DNA of 63,975 nucleotides from Simkaniaceae bacterium (GTDB lineage Bacteria; Chlamydiota; Chlamydiia; Chlamydiales; JAJFMI01): NCBI GenBank assembly GCA_040880145.1, contig JBBDIZ010000035.1, positions 1 to 63,975 of the forward strand, read 5' to 3'. Shown piece by piece: positions 29,387 to 38,500 of this stretch (position 1 is its first letter; each line of letters starts with the position of its first letter). The notes under the pieces were generated by a model. It saw only the letters and a program-made list of their open reading frames with translations, ran no database searches and was not told where the DNA came from. The position numbers and the translations under genes were made by a program.

Positions 29387-30460
29387 TCACCCCTCTGATG
29401 CCAGTTTCTGTTGGTTAAAGTGAAAGACAAGACGCTCTAATACCTCTTGCATATCCCCTTCCATAATGCGATCGAGTTTATACAGAGTTAAGTTCAAGCG
29501 GTGATCGGTCACTCGATTTTGAGGATAGTTATAAGTGCGAATCTTTTCAGAGCGATCTCCCGACCCCACCTGGCTGGAACGCACCTCTGAACGCTCTTGC
29601 TTCTCTTTTTCTATCAAGACCTCTTGAATTTTTGCTTTTAAAAGCCTCATAGCCTGGTCTTTATTTTTATGCTGTGAACGCTCTTGCTGGCAACATACAA
29701 CGGTACCTGTCGGCATATGAGTAATTCGAACAGCTGAATCTGTTGTATTGACATGCTGCCCTCCGGCCCCAGATGCGCGGTAGGTGTCGATTTTAAGATC
29801 CTTTTCATCGATCACAATATCCTCTTCCTTTTCATCCGGTTCCGTCATGATGGCAACAGTAATCGCAGAAGTATGAACCCTTCCCTGAGTCTCTGTTGCA
29901 GGGACTCGCTGAACGCGATGAGTCCCCCCCTCATACTGCAAGAAGCGAAACACATTTTTACCCGAAATGACTTGAATGTACTCCTTATATCCCCCTGCAT
30001 CAGAAGGCATAAATGAGATCACTTCAGTCTTCCATTTCATCTTATCGGCAAAAAGACGATACATCCGCACGCAATCTCCGACAAAAAGAGCCGCTTCATC
30101 CCCTCCTGTTCCAGCCCGCAGCTCCATAATCACATTGTGATTGTCTCTTGGGTCCGGTGGAACAAGCAAAGCCTCAAGCGCTCGTCTAGAGATTTCGAAA
30201 TTTTGACGCAGCTTCTCTAAATCTTCCCGAATCATTTCGAGAAGAGCCGAATCACTCTCTTCCTTTAAAAGCTGCTCATTTTCCTCAATTCCTCTTTTTT
30301 CTTCCAAAAAGGTATGGTAAGCCTCTTGAATATCGAGAAGATAGCGATGCTCCCGGGTCAGTTCTCGATAGCGCTTTTGGTCGGATAAAATATCATTCGA
30401 TCCTAAAAGCGCTTCGATATCTGCCAATCGGCTTATGAGTTTTTTAAGCTTCTCTTCCAC
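29387..30460 (-). CDS. prfA: peptide chain release factor 1
   Basis: The PAT tripeptide (RVPATETQGR) marks RF1. GGQHVNTT is also present. Confidence 0.95.
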   Translation of the reverse strand: MEEKLKKLISRLADIEALLGSNDILSDQKRYRELTREHRYLLDIQEAYHTFLEEKRGIEENEQLLKEESDSALLEMIREDLEKLRQNFEISRRALEALLVPPDPRDNHNVIMELRAGTGGDEAALFVGDCVRMYRLFADKMKWKTEVISFMPSDAGGYKEYIQVISGKNVFRFLQYEGGTHRVQRVPATETQGRVHTSAITVAIMTEPDEKEEDIVIDEKDLKIDTYRASGAGGQHVNTTDSAVRITHMPTGTVVCCQQERSQHKNKDQAMRLLKAKIQEVLIEKEKQERSEVRSSQVGSGDRSEKIRTYNYPQNRVTDHRLNLTLYKLDRIMEGDMQEVLERLVFHFNQQKLASEG

Positions 30461-30466
30461 CGAAAA

Positions 30467-30772
30467 CTATACTTTTTTCTTTTTGACAACTTTTTTCTTT
30501 GGGGCGATTTCCTCTTTAGGCTCTTCTTTCTGTTTTGCAGCATAACGCTTTTTAAATTTCTCGATACGCCCTTCAGAGTCAACAACTTGTCCACCACCTG
30601 TAAAGAATGGATGAGAATCCGAGGTAATTGAAGCCTTATAGACAGGGTAATCCTTGCCTTCAAATTCCGCTGTTTCAGTTGGTTTTAAAGTCGATCCACA
30701 AACAAATTTTTTACCGGTAGCTGTATCGATAAATAGAACATCTTGATATTCAGGGTGAATGGTTTCTTTCAT
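30467..30772 (-). CDS. rpmE: 50S ribosomal protein L31 (type B-like, Lys-rich C-terminal tail)
   Basis: MKETIHPEY starts at the ATG at 30772, with AAGGAG 7 nt upstream. No CxxC zinc motif is present. Confidence 0.88.
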   Translation of the reverse strand: MKETIHPEYQDVLFIDTATGKKFVCGSTLKPTETAEFEGKDYPVYKASITSDSHPFFTGGGQVVDSEGRIEKFKKRYAAKQKEEPKEEIAPKKKVVKKKKV

Positions 30773-30909
30773 TTTCATACTCCTTATCTTCACACTCTTG
30801 GACAACTACTGTAATGGGAAATTTGATAAAATTCAAGGTCTTTATCTCTTTCTCTTTATTCAAATTTTTGCGATAATATCAATGACTCGAAAAAGAGGGG
30901 AGAAAAAAA

Positions 30910-31797
30910 TTGCGTCAAATTTTTAAAAATAATTTTTGGAATAATATGGGTGTCGTTCGACTTATAATTTGCCTGATGGGGAGTTTAAGCTTCCTGATTG
31001 CCCTCACAGCAAACCTTCCTCTTTTTCACTATCTATCCCCCCTTTTAGCTATCTCCACCTATGGAGCTGAGCATTTCTTTCTTTGGCAAATGGCCACCCA
31101 CCTCTTTATTTACCCAACCGGAGGGCTTTTTTCGATTGGATTTTTAATCAATCTTTTTTTTAGCCTTTACCTTCTTTACGTAGTGGGCACTCAAATCTCT
31201 AATAAATCAGGAATCAAATCTTTTTTAATGCTTTTTTTAGGCTCGGGAATGGTTTCAGGGGCAGTGGTCATGACCCTTCTTTCCCTCTTTCCCATTCCTT
31301 TTGTTTATATGGGACCTCATGTCGCACTCCTCTCCCTCATGCTCGGCTGGGTCTTTATTGCTCGAGAAGCACAACTTTTACTCTTTCTAACAATACCTGT
31401 TAAGGCGAAATGGCTTGTTGCCGGATTTGTTGGAGGCTATTTATTGAGTTATTTTGCCAATGGCCATTTTATCCACTTTGCTGCGCTTCTTAGCGGGGTA
31501 GCCTTTAGCTACTTTTATTCTCTCCTAAGCTTTCAAAGCTTAAGCCCCTACCCCTTTCTCCACCGTTTTGAAGAGGCGATTTTGCGCTTTCGAAAGAAAA
31601 AAAGGCACAAACCTTTTGAGCCTATTTCAAATGCAAAAGTCTATGACTTCAAAACAGGAAAAGCCATTCTCTCAGATGACCAATTTATGGATGAATGCTT
31701 AGCCAAAATCACTAAAAAGGGCAAAGGCTCACTCACTCTTTGGGAACGATTCAGGGTCAATCGAATTTCTAAGAGAAGACGAAAGATCCGCTCTTAG
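30910..31797 (+). CDS. rhomboid-like polytopic membrane protein with basic C-terminal tail (catalytic motifs degenerate)
   Basis: About 6-7 TM segments, LGSGMVSGAV and HFIHFAALLSGVAF in rhomboid-like positions. The start is a TTG, with an alternative ATG at 30946. Confidence 0.4.
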   Translation: MRQIFKNNFWNNMGVVRLIICLMGSLSFLIALTANLPLFHYLSPLLAISTYGAEHFFLWQMATHLFIYPTGGLFSIGFLINLFFSLYLLYVVGTQISNKSGIKSFLMLFLGSGMVSGAVVMTLLSLFPIPFVYMGPHVALLSLMLGWVFIAREAQLLLFLTIPVKAKWLVAGFVGGYLLSYFANGHFIHFAALLSGVAFSYFYSLLSFQSLSPYPFLHRFEEAILRFRKKKRHKPFEPISNAKVYDFKTGKAILSDDQFMDECLAKITKKGKGSLTLWERFRVNRISKRRRKIRS

Positions 31798-31983
31798 CGC
31801 GGCTCTAGCCGATTCCAGCCCCTTCAAAAACCCCTCTTCAAAACGGAATTCAGGATGGGCGTCGAGGACCGGAAAATCATTTGGCTGAAGAATATCATCT
31901 GTTGTCAAATGTGGTAAAATGTGATTAGCAATCCTTAAAAGCTTTTTCTGCTGCATGAGTATCATTTCATCAAGCTGTTGCAT
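31729..31983 (-). CDS. hypothetical small protein
   Basis: 84 aa. The start overlaps the tadA stop by 14 nt, suggesting translational coupling. The 3' end overlaps the convergent gene by 69 nt. No family recognised. Confidence 0.35.
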   Translation of the reverse strand: MQQLDEMILMQQKKLLRIANHILPHLTTDDILQPNDFPVLDAHPEFRFEEGFLKGLESARAALRADLSSSLRNSIDPESFPKSE

Positions 31984-32437
31984 CTAACCGCCTTTGTTTA
32001 AAAAATTCTTTTAGCAAAAATTGAGACGCTTCCTCTAATACCCCTCCTTTTATTTCAATCGAATGCGTGGGATGCTTTTTTTGCAGCAAATCAGAAAAAC
32101 TCACATGAGCACCATGGCGAAAATCTTCTGCGCCGTAAACAAGTCGCTGAATACGGGAAAGCAACATAGCTCCAGCACACATACTACACGGTTCCAAACT
32201 TGAATAAAGCGTCATTTCAAGCAATCTCCAATTGCCAAAAATGGCGGCTCCTTTTTGCAAGCAAAGCATTTCAGCATGAGCTGTAGCATCTTTTTTAGAC
32301 TCCACCAGATTATGAGCTTTTGCGATTACATTTCCTCTGTATACAAGCACAGCGCCAACCGGAACCTCTTTTCTTTCAAAGGCCTTTTTCGCCTCATCCA
32401 AGGCAGCCTGCATAAAATATTCATCCATAATACTCAA
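31970..32437 (-). CDS. tadA: tRNA-specific adenosine deaminase
   Basis: HAEMLCL and PCSMCAGA zinc motifs. Confidence 0.93.
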   Translation of the reverse strand: MSIMDEYFMQAALDEAKKAFERKEVPVGAVLVYRGNVIAKAHNLVESKKDATAHAEMLCLQKGAAIFGNWRLLEMTLYSSLEPCSMCAGAMLLSRIQRLVYGAEDFRHGAHVSFSDLLQKKHPTHSIEIKGGVLEEASQFLLKEFFKQRRLDATA

Positions 32438-32554
32438 TTCTTTTTTTGTATTCGTGTAAAGATTTTATCCTATTTTAGCATTCAAAGAAAGTTGATCTTT
32501 ATTCTCAGGTAGGGTATAATACGCCATAATGTCTATAGATTAAAGGAGCGAAAA

Positions 32555-32824
32555 ATGTCTCTCGATAAAGGAACTAAAGAAGAAATTACAAAAAAGTATC
32601 AGCTTCACGAAAAAGACACGGGTTCTGCTGACGTCCAAATTGCTATACTAACTGAGCGTATTACAGAATTGCAAGATCATTTAAAACGCCACCCAAAAGA
32701 TCATGCAAAACGTTTGGCTCTATTCAAGCTCGTTGGGCAACGACGCAAACTCCTTAACTATCTCAATTCAACCGATACAAAGCGTTATCAAATTCTTATT
32801 AATCGACTCAAACTTCGTAAGTAA
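32555..32824 (+). CDS. rpsO: 30S ribosomal protein S15
   Basis: 89 aa with [14 protein letters not shown] and HLKRHPKDH. Confidence 0.95.
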   Translation: MSLDKGTKEEITKKYQLHEKDTGSADVQIAILTERITELQDHLKRHPKDHAKRLALFKLVGQRRKLLNYLNSTDTKRYQILINRLKLRK

Positions 32825-32845
32825 TTATTTTTTATTTTATTTCTC

Positions 32846-32884
32846 CAAAAAAGCGCTAGAATCCATCTAGCGCTTTTTTTTTAT
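32846..32884 (+). terminator. hairpin terminator/attenuator between rpsO and pnp
   Basis: AGCGCTAG-AATCCAT-CTAGCGCT followed by T9. Confidence 0.75.
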
Positions 32885-32988
32885 CCTTATTTGTGATAAA
32901 CTTATTACAAATTTTTTAACGCCCAAGTTGTGATTTCTTATCATTTTATAAGAGCTCACAACTTGGGTTTTACAGAGGAATGTATTGA

Positions 32989-35097
32989 ATGAAAGTAAAA
33001 AACGTGAAAGTAGTTGTCGGCGGAAAAGAGCTGATATTTGAAACAGGAAAAATCGCCCGGCAAGCCAATGGCTCTGTAATGCTGACCTGTGGCGAAACGA
33101 TGGTTTTTGCATCGGCATGTGCATCGAAAACGCCGCTAGAATCTGACTTTTTACCCATGCGTGTTGATTTTTCAGAAAAATTTTCTGCAGCAGGGAAAAC
33201 GCTCGGTGGTTTCATAAAAAGAGAGGGCCGGCCTACAGAGAGAGAAACATTAGTTTGCCGATTAATCGATCGCCCGCTGCGCCCTATGTTCGCCGACGGC
33301 TGGACCCATGACACCCAATTAATTACTCAAGTCTTCTCTTTTGATGGCATTCACTCAACCGATTCACTAGCGATTTGCGCAGCATCAGCTGCTCTTGTGA
33401 TTTCTGATATTCCTCTAATCAAGCCTATTGCAGCAGTCCAAGTCGGAATGATTGAAGGTGAATTCATCATTAACCCAACTGAAGAGCAAAAGAAAGAAAG
33501 CCGTCTCGATCTAATGATCGCCGGAACAGAAGATGCCATATTGATGATCGAGGGCTATGCAGACTTTTTAACAGAAGAACAGATTCTTTCAGCCATTTCA
33601 GAAGGCCATACAGCGATTCAAACAATCTGTCAAGCCCTCTCCGACTTCCAAAAACTTGCCGGAAAGGAAAAGCGCCTTGACACCCTTCATAAAATCCCAG
33701 AAGAGCTTTTCACCACGATTGAAACAGCCATCAAAGACGAGCTAATCGCAGCAATCAATATCAAAGAAAAAAAATTAAGAGAAGATGCGCTTAATGCCAT
33801 CGATTCTAAAATCTTTGAAGAACTGACAAGTAAAACAGATGATACCCCTTATAAAAAGCTTGACGTTGGCATGGCTCTTAAAAAGATAAAAGCCCGCTAC
33901 ATGCGCAACCAAATTCTAGTCGAGAATAAGCGCTGTGATGGCCGCGCTCATAATGAGATTCGCCCCATTACGATTGAAACAGGACTTCTCCCAAGGGCGC
34001 ATGGAAGTGCACTCTTCACCCGAGGTGAAACACAGGCAATCGCTGTCAGCACTCTCGGAAGCGACAGCATGGCTCAGCGCTTTGAAACCATTAAAGGAGA
34101 AGGCAACAAACGCTTCTACCTTCAATACTTCTTTCCTCCCTACTCAGTCGGCGAAGCAGGCCGCATGGGTCCCGCCGGAAGACGAGAAGTCGGCCACGGT
34201 GTCTTAGCCGAGCGCTCCCTAAAAGCGGCTCTTCCCTCTCGCGAAGACTTCCCCTACACGATTCGCCTAGAAGCCAATATCACCGAATCTAACGGCTCAA
34301 GTTCAATGGCCTCTGTTTGCGGCGGTTGTATCGCCATGATGAATGCAGGTGTTCCTCTTAAAAGCCCGATTGCCGGAATCGCCATGGGCCTTATCCTGGA
34401 GGGTGAAAACTACGCCATCCTCTCCGATATCCTCGGAATCGAAGATGCCCTCGGAGACATGGACTTTAAAATAGCCGGAGATGAGAAAGGAATTACTGCT
34501 TTTCAACTCGACATCAAAGTCGAAGGAATCACTCCAAAAATTATGGATATCGCCCTAAAACAAGCTAAAGAGGGACGCCTTCACATCCTAAACAAAATGC
34601 TCCAGGCCTGTCCGAAAGCAGAAGAGCATCTCTCTGTCTACGCACCTAAAATTGAAATGATCCCCATTCATCCGAGTAAGATCGGAATCGTAATTGGTCC
34701 TGGGGGCAAGCAAATTCGTGCCATCACGGAAGAGACCGGTGTCGATGTCGATATCGACGATGAAGCAGGAGTTGTGAGTATCACCTCTCCTTGTTCTAAA
34801 GGTCTAAAAAGAGCCAAGGAAATCATCATTAACCTGATCTCTGAGGTTGAAGTTGGAAAAAGTTATGCAGGGATCGTGACAGGCATTCGAGACTTCGGTC
34901 TCTTTGTCAAGATCTTCAATCAAGAAGGCCTCTGCCACATTTCAGAAATCGAACATAGACGCCTCGATACAATCGAAGGGCTCTTCAATATCGGTGAAGA
35001 AATTAAGGTTAAGGTCCTCCAGAAAGATGACCGCGGTAAAATCCGCCTTTCTAGAAAAGCGCTTTTGGTACAACAACCGGCACCTGCTGATTCTTAG
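32989..35097 (+). CDS. pnp: polyribonucleotide nucleotidyltransferase (PNPase)
   Basis: 702 aa with two RNase PH-like domains, then KH (IGPGGKQIR) and S1 domains. Confidence 0.96.
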   Translation: MKVKNVKVVVGGKELIFETGKIARQANGSVMLTCGETMVFASACASKTPLESDFLPMRVDFSEKFSAAGKTLGGFIKREGRPTERETLVCRLIDRPLRPMFADGWTHDTQLITQVFSFDGIHSTDSLAICAASAALVISDIPLIKPIAAVQVGMIEGEFIINPTEEQKKESRLDLMIAGTEDAILMIEGYADFLTEEQILSAISEGHTAIQTICQALSDFQKLAGKEKRLDTLHKIPEELFTTIETAIKDELIAAINIKEKKLREDALNAIDSKIFEELTSKTDDTPYKKLDVGMALKKIKARYMRNQILVENKRCDGRAHNEIRPITIETGLLPRAHGSALFTRGETQAIAVSTLGSDSMAQRFETIKGEGNKRFYLQYFFPPYSVGEAGRMGPAGRREVGHGVLAERSLKAALPSREDFPYTIRLEANITESNGSSSMASVCGGCIAMMNAGVPLKSPIAGIAMGLILEGENYAILSDILGIEDALGDMDFKIAGDEKGITAFQLDIKVEGITPKIMDIALKQAKEGRLHILNKMLQACPKAEEHLSVYAPKIEMIPIHPSKIGIVIGPGGKQIRAITEETGVDVDIDDEAGVVSITSPCSKGLKRAKEIIINLISEVEVGKSYAGIVTGIRDFGLFVKIFNQEGLCHISEIEHRRLDTIEGLFNIGEEIKVKVLQKDDRGKIRLSRKALLVQQPAPADS

Positions 35098-35131
35098 TAT
35101 TCTACAAGGCCCTCAATTCAACTTGAGGGCT
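35095..35131 (+). repeat. pnp stop codon plus terminator hairpin; copy 1 of the direct repeat bracketing the Rhs insertion
   Basis: TAGTATTCTACAAGGCCCTCAATTCAACTTGAGGGCT with hairpin GCCCTCAA/TTGAGGGC and a T-rich tail. The first 33 nt are identical to 40825-40857. Confidence 0.85.
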
Positions 35132-35152
35132 TTGTTTGTTTCTTGTCCTCAC

Positions 35153-35243
35153 CTTGCCCTCTTGGGCAAGGCTTCGTCGGCCTATGCCCTGCGGCTTTAT
35201 TTAGCTTTGTCTTGCTGAGTGTCCATTTTTATCATTTAAGATT
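35153..35243. repeat. family B element, centre plus one arm
   Basis: CTTGCCCTCTTGGGCAAGGCTTCGTCGG...TTTAGCTTTGTCTTGCTGAG..CCATTTTTATCATTTAAGATT closely matches the reverse complement of 2381-2459 in the full element. Confidence 0.75.
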
Positions 35244-35529
35244 TAGCCATCTTTATCTCCTTTGATTTTTATCAATTAAAAATCAAAACACTATGTTTAT
35301 GAATTTACATGGCGAAAGGGTAGAGAGGACCCATATTAATAACTGTTTTACCCGCATTACCCCAAAGATGCTCCTTGAATCAGATATTGCAAACAGTGCT
35401 GCAGCCAGTTGGCCTTTTGCAAGTTATTCGATTCAATAAGATCAAAACCACATTATCAATTTAAAATGAGAGCAAGAGATCTTAAAGAAAGGAAAATCTT
35501 CCCACCTCTCCTAGGTCAAATGGGAATGT

Positions 35530-38500
35530 CTATCTCAAGACGACAGGTCTTTCAAATTCATCATACTGAATCACTCTTGTCGATTCATTAGGCAACGTCA
35601 TCTTGACCAAGTCACCAGAGCTACTGTATTCATAAGAAGACCTCCCTCCTAATGCATCTATGACTTGGACTAAATGATTCTTCTCATCATACGCAAAGCG
35701 TGAAACATTGCCCATAGGATCTGTTTTTGATAAGATATTTCCATTGGCATCATAAGAATACTCCACAGTCCCTAAAGGAGAAGAAATAGATTGAATCCGA
35801 TCCCTTTTATCATATGTGTAAGAAATAGCTCTTCCCATCTCATGGATTTCTTTGAGACGACAACGATGATCATAAGTTCTTTTAGATACGAGTCCATTTG
35901 CATAATCAATTTCCAAGGGAAGGCCCGCTTCATCTAAACAAAACCCATCTGTTCCTCCTCCTGGGTAATCAATAGACGCTAAAGCCCCTTTTTCATCATA
36001 GCGAAAGGTCGTGGCAAAGCGCTCATCTCCTCCTATCGTTACTTTCCCACTTTCTACCCGTAATAAATTCATAAAAAAAGGACGATAAGTCTTGATGATC
36101 TTACCCTGTTGATTGTAGAGGTAGATCATCTTTGTGCCCCTTCCATCTACTTCTTCAAGAAGATGGCCATGCTGGTCAAAAACAAATGATCTCTTCCCTC
36201 GAAAAGCATCTGTGATTTTAATAGGGTTGCCAAAAGCGTCGTATTCATAAAAAACTTCCATTCCATTTTGATCACTGACGCACTCAGGACCAAACGGCCC
36301 TGCATAGATAAAATCTAACCTTCTACCTAGTGCATCAGTAATAGATTGCGGTCGGTATTTTTCATCAAATACCTCCTCTAAAAAAAATCCATTTGTTCCT
36401 TCTATTTTAGCTCTTCGATCTAGAAGGGAAAAATTCTGATAGAATTGAGACCCATCTACGATTCTTTCTTCAGCACGATTGTAAATATCATAACTCGCCT
36501 CGAAAATTAGATGATTTTTTGCATCAAAAATAGCAGTCAAACGATGATCTTCATCATATTGATAAGTAGCTATCACGCCTTCAGAGTCTTTCACAGCCTC
36601 CAACTGCCCATTTGGAGAGTAATCATAATAAATTACTTTGCCTCCAAGACCAATTGCTCGTGCGATTTTATCCCCTTGATACTCAAGATGAATTGCTCTT
36701 TTACCTTGAGAAATTGAAACGAGTTTCTCATTCTCATATGCATAATCAATAGAACTACCATCTCTATCTTTGATTGAAATCAGTTTTCCACAAGAATCGA
36801 AATTTATCTCTTCTTGCTTTCTAGACCAAAGAAATTTCTCATCAGAGAGTTCAATAAGAGCTGTGTTTTTTCCATCAGTTCTATAAAGAGGTCTTTTTAA
36901 AGAATCGAGCCCAGCAATTTTATAATGAACTTCAACCCCCTCAAAGCTGACGAAAATTTCTGCATGAACTTTAAGAATAGAACTATCAGAAAAACGTATA
37001 AATTGCTTGATATTGGGAAAGCGCAACTTAGCAGGGGTCACATCCCAACCAAGACCAAAACCTGACCTCTGATCGTTAAAAGAGTCGTAAGTACGAACCA
37101 AACCTAAGGGAGCTACCCCTAAGGCTGGGAAAATCATATCGGTAAACACTTTTCTGACATCACCTACTTTGACAACTTTTCCAAAGTTTTGAGCCACAGC
37201 AGAAAAGCCAGATCCAAAATCCCAACTTAAATCTTGCTCGTTAGGTCTTGTAAGTAAAACCTCATCTTTTGTTGCATTCATTTGCCAATCAGTTGTTGTG
37301 AAAAAATTTTGATCATCTAAATGATAGAGCACTCCTCCTGTGATAGTCAACTGTCCGACAGTATCGCCCATTTGAGATGTGTAATCTGGCGTTGAAACAA
37401 ACTGAGGAGAATAACTTTTGAAAAAAGAGAGATCAAAGGGCAGATTTTGCTCTTTAATCCACTTCACAATCCCAGTAATTTTTCCAAGCCTTTTCAAATC
37501 TTGTAGAACAGGAAACTCTTGGGCATAGCTATCGTAATGATACGTAAAATGAGAAGCAAATTTTTCAGCAGCAGAATCAGAGAAGCTTTTGCTTTTGAAT
37601 TTTGACTCGGTAAGTACTTGCATCCGTACTTCATCAAAGACCATAGAACGGCCATCTTCTGACTGGACAAGACTAATTTTTTCTGGGACAAACCACATGC
37701 GCCAAGAAAAATTAGAACCAGGAAAGTGCCTTTCCCTTTGGTATAACTGCAATAAATTAGAATAACCAGAGACATTTGATGTAAATTTTTTCCCAGTGTA
37801 GTTGTCTCGCCCTATAGTAAGATTTTTTAACAGTCGATCCGCTTCAAACATGACCTGACCAAACCGCGTATCTTTAGTCTCTCCATAGTAGGTGACAATC
37901 ATCCGATTCTGTGGCTTTTTCTTTTTTTTCGAAAGATTGGGATCTGGATCCATGGAAATTCCAGGGTTTTGCTCTCCTTTAGTCCCTAATCCATAAACAG
38001 AGCGAACGGCTACAGCTAGATCATCCAGATGCAGGCTAGGCAATCTCAAATCTTTCTTTCCATACAGGATAACTTGCCCTGTGGCTTGATCAAAAATAGC
38101 GCCAGAAATATCTGAAAGGGATGTCATTAAATCAGCCAACTTAGATAGAGAAGCACCTCCATAGTTGGGTTGAAACAAAAAGCTATAATCTGCTTGCAAT
38201 CCCTTAGAGTTGATTTCATAGGGAATGACATCTCCTTGGCTTAGAAAAAAGTTTGAATCGATGTGATTGTTTTCTCCTATCATCCAGTTGCAAAATTTTG
38301 TCGGAGAGGAAATGCCTGTAACCATTTTTTTAAAACTTGGATGAGGATAGCCAATCGCATCCATGGATTGAACCACATGATCAATACAGTTGTCGTAGGG
38401 AGTCCAATGAGGATAATTTCCAGCTTGCCTAGCAAGCATCTGTTGCTCTGGAGTTACCCAAACTGTCAAACTGACAGTATCGTGGCAAAAAGAGGCTGTA

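Noticed and set aside
31729-31797. A 69-nt convergent overlap between the rhomboid-like gene and the 84-aa ORF, considered as a possible antisense regulatory arrangement.
   Set aside because: One of the two ORFs, most likely the unrecognised 84-aa one or the basic tail of the other, may simply be over-extended. Nothing in the sequence supports a dedicated mechanism.
35409-35591. A 60-aa plus-strand ORF downstream of, and overlapping, the Rhs gene stop, considered as a possible immunity gene.
   Set aside because: It is on the opposite strand to the toxin gene, overlaps its 3' end, and has no RBS or recognisable features. Minus-strand reading of 35260-35530 gave only ORFs of about 23 codons or fewer.
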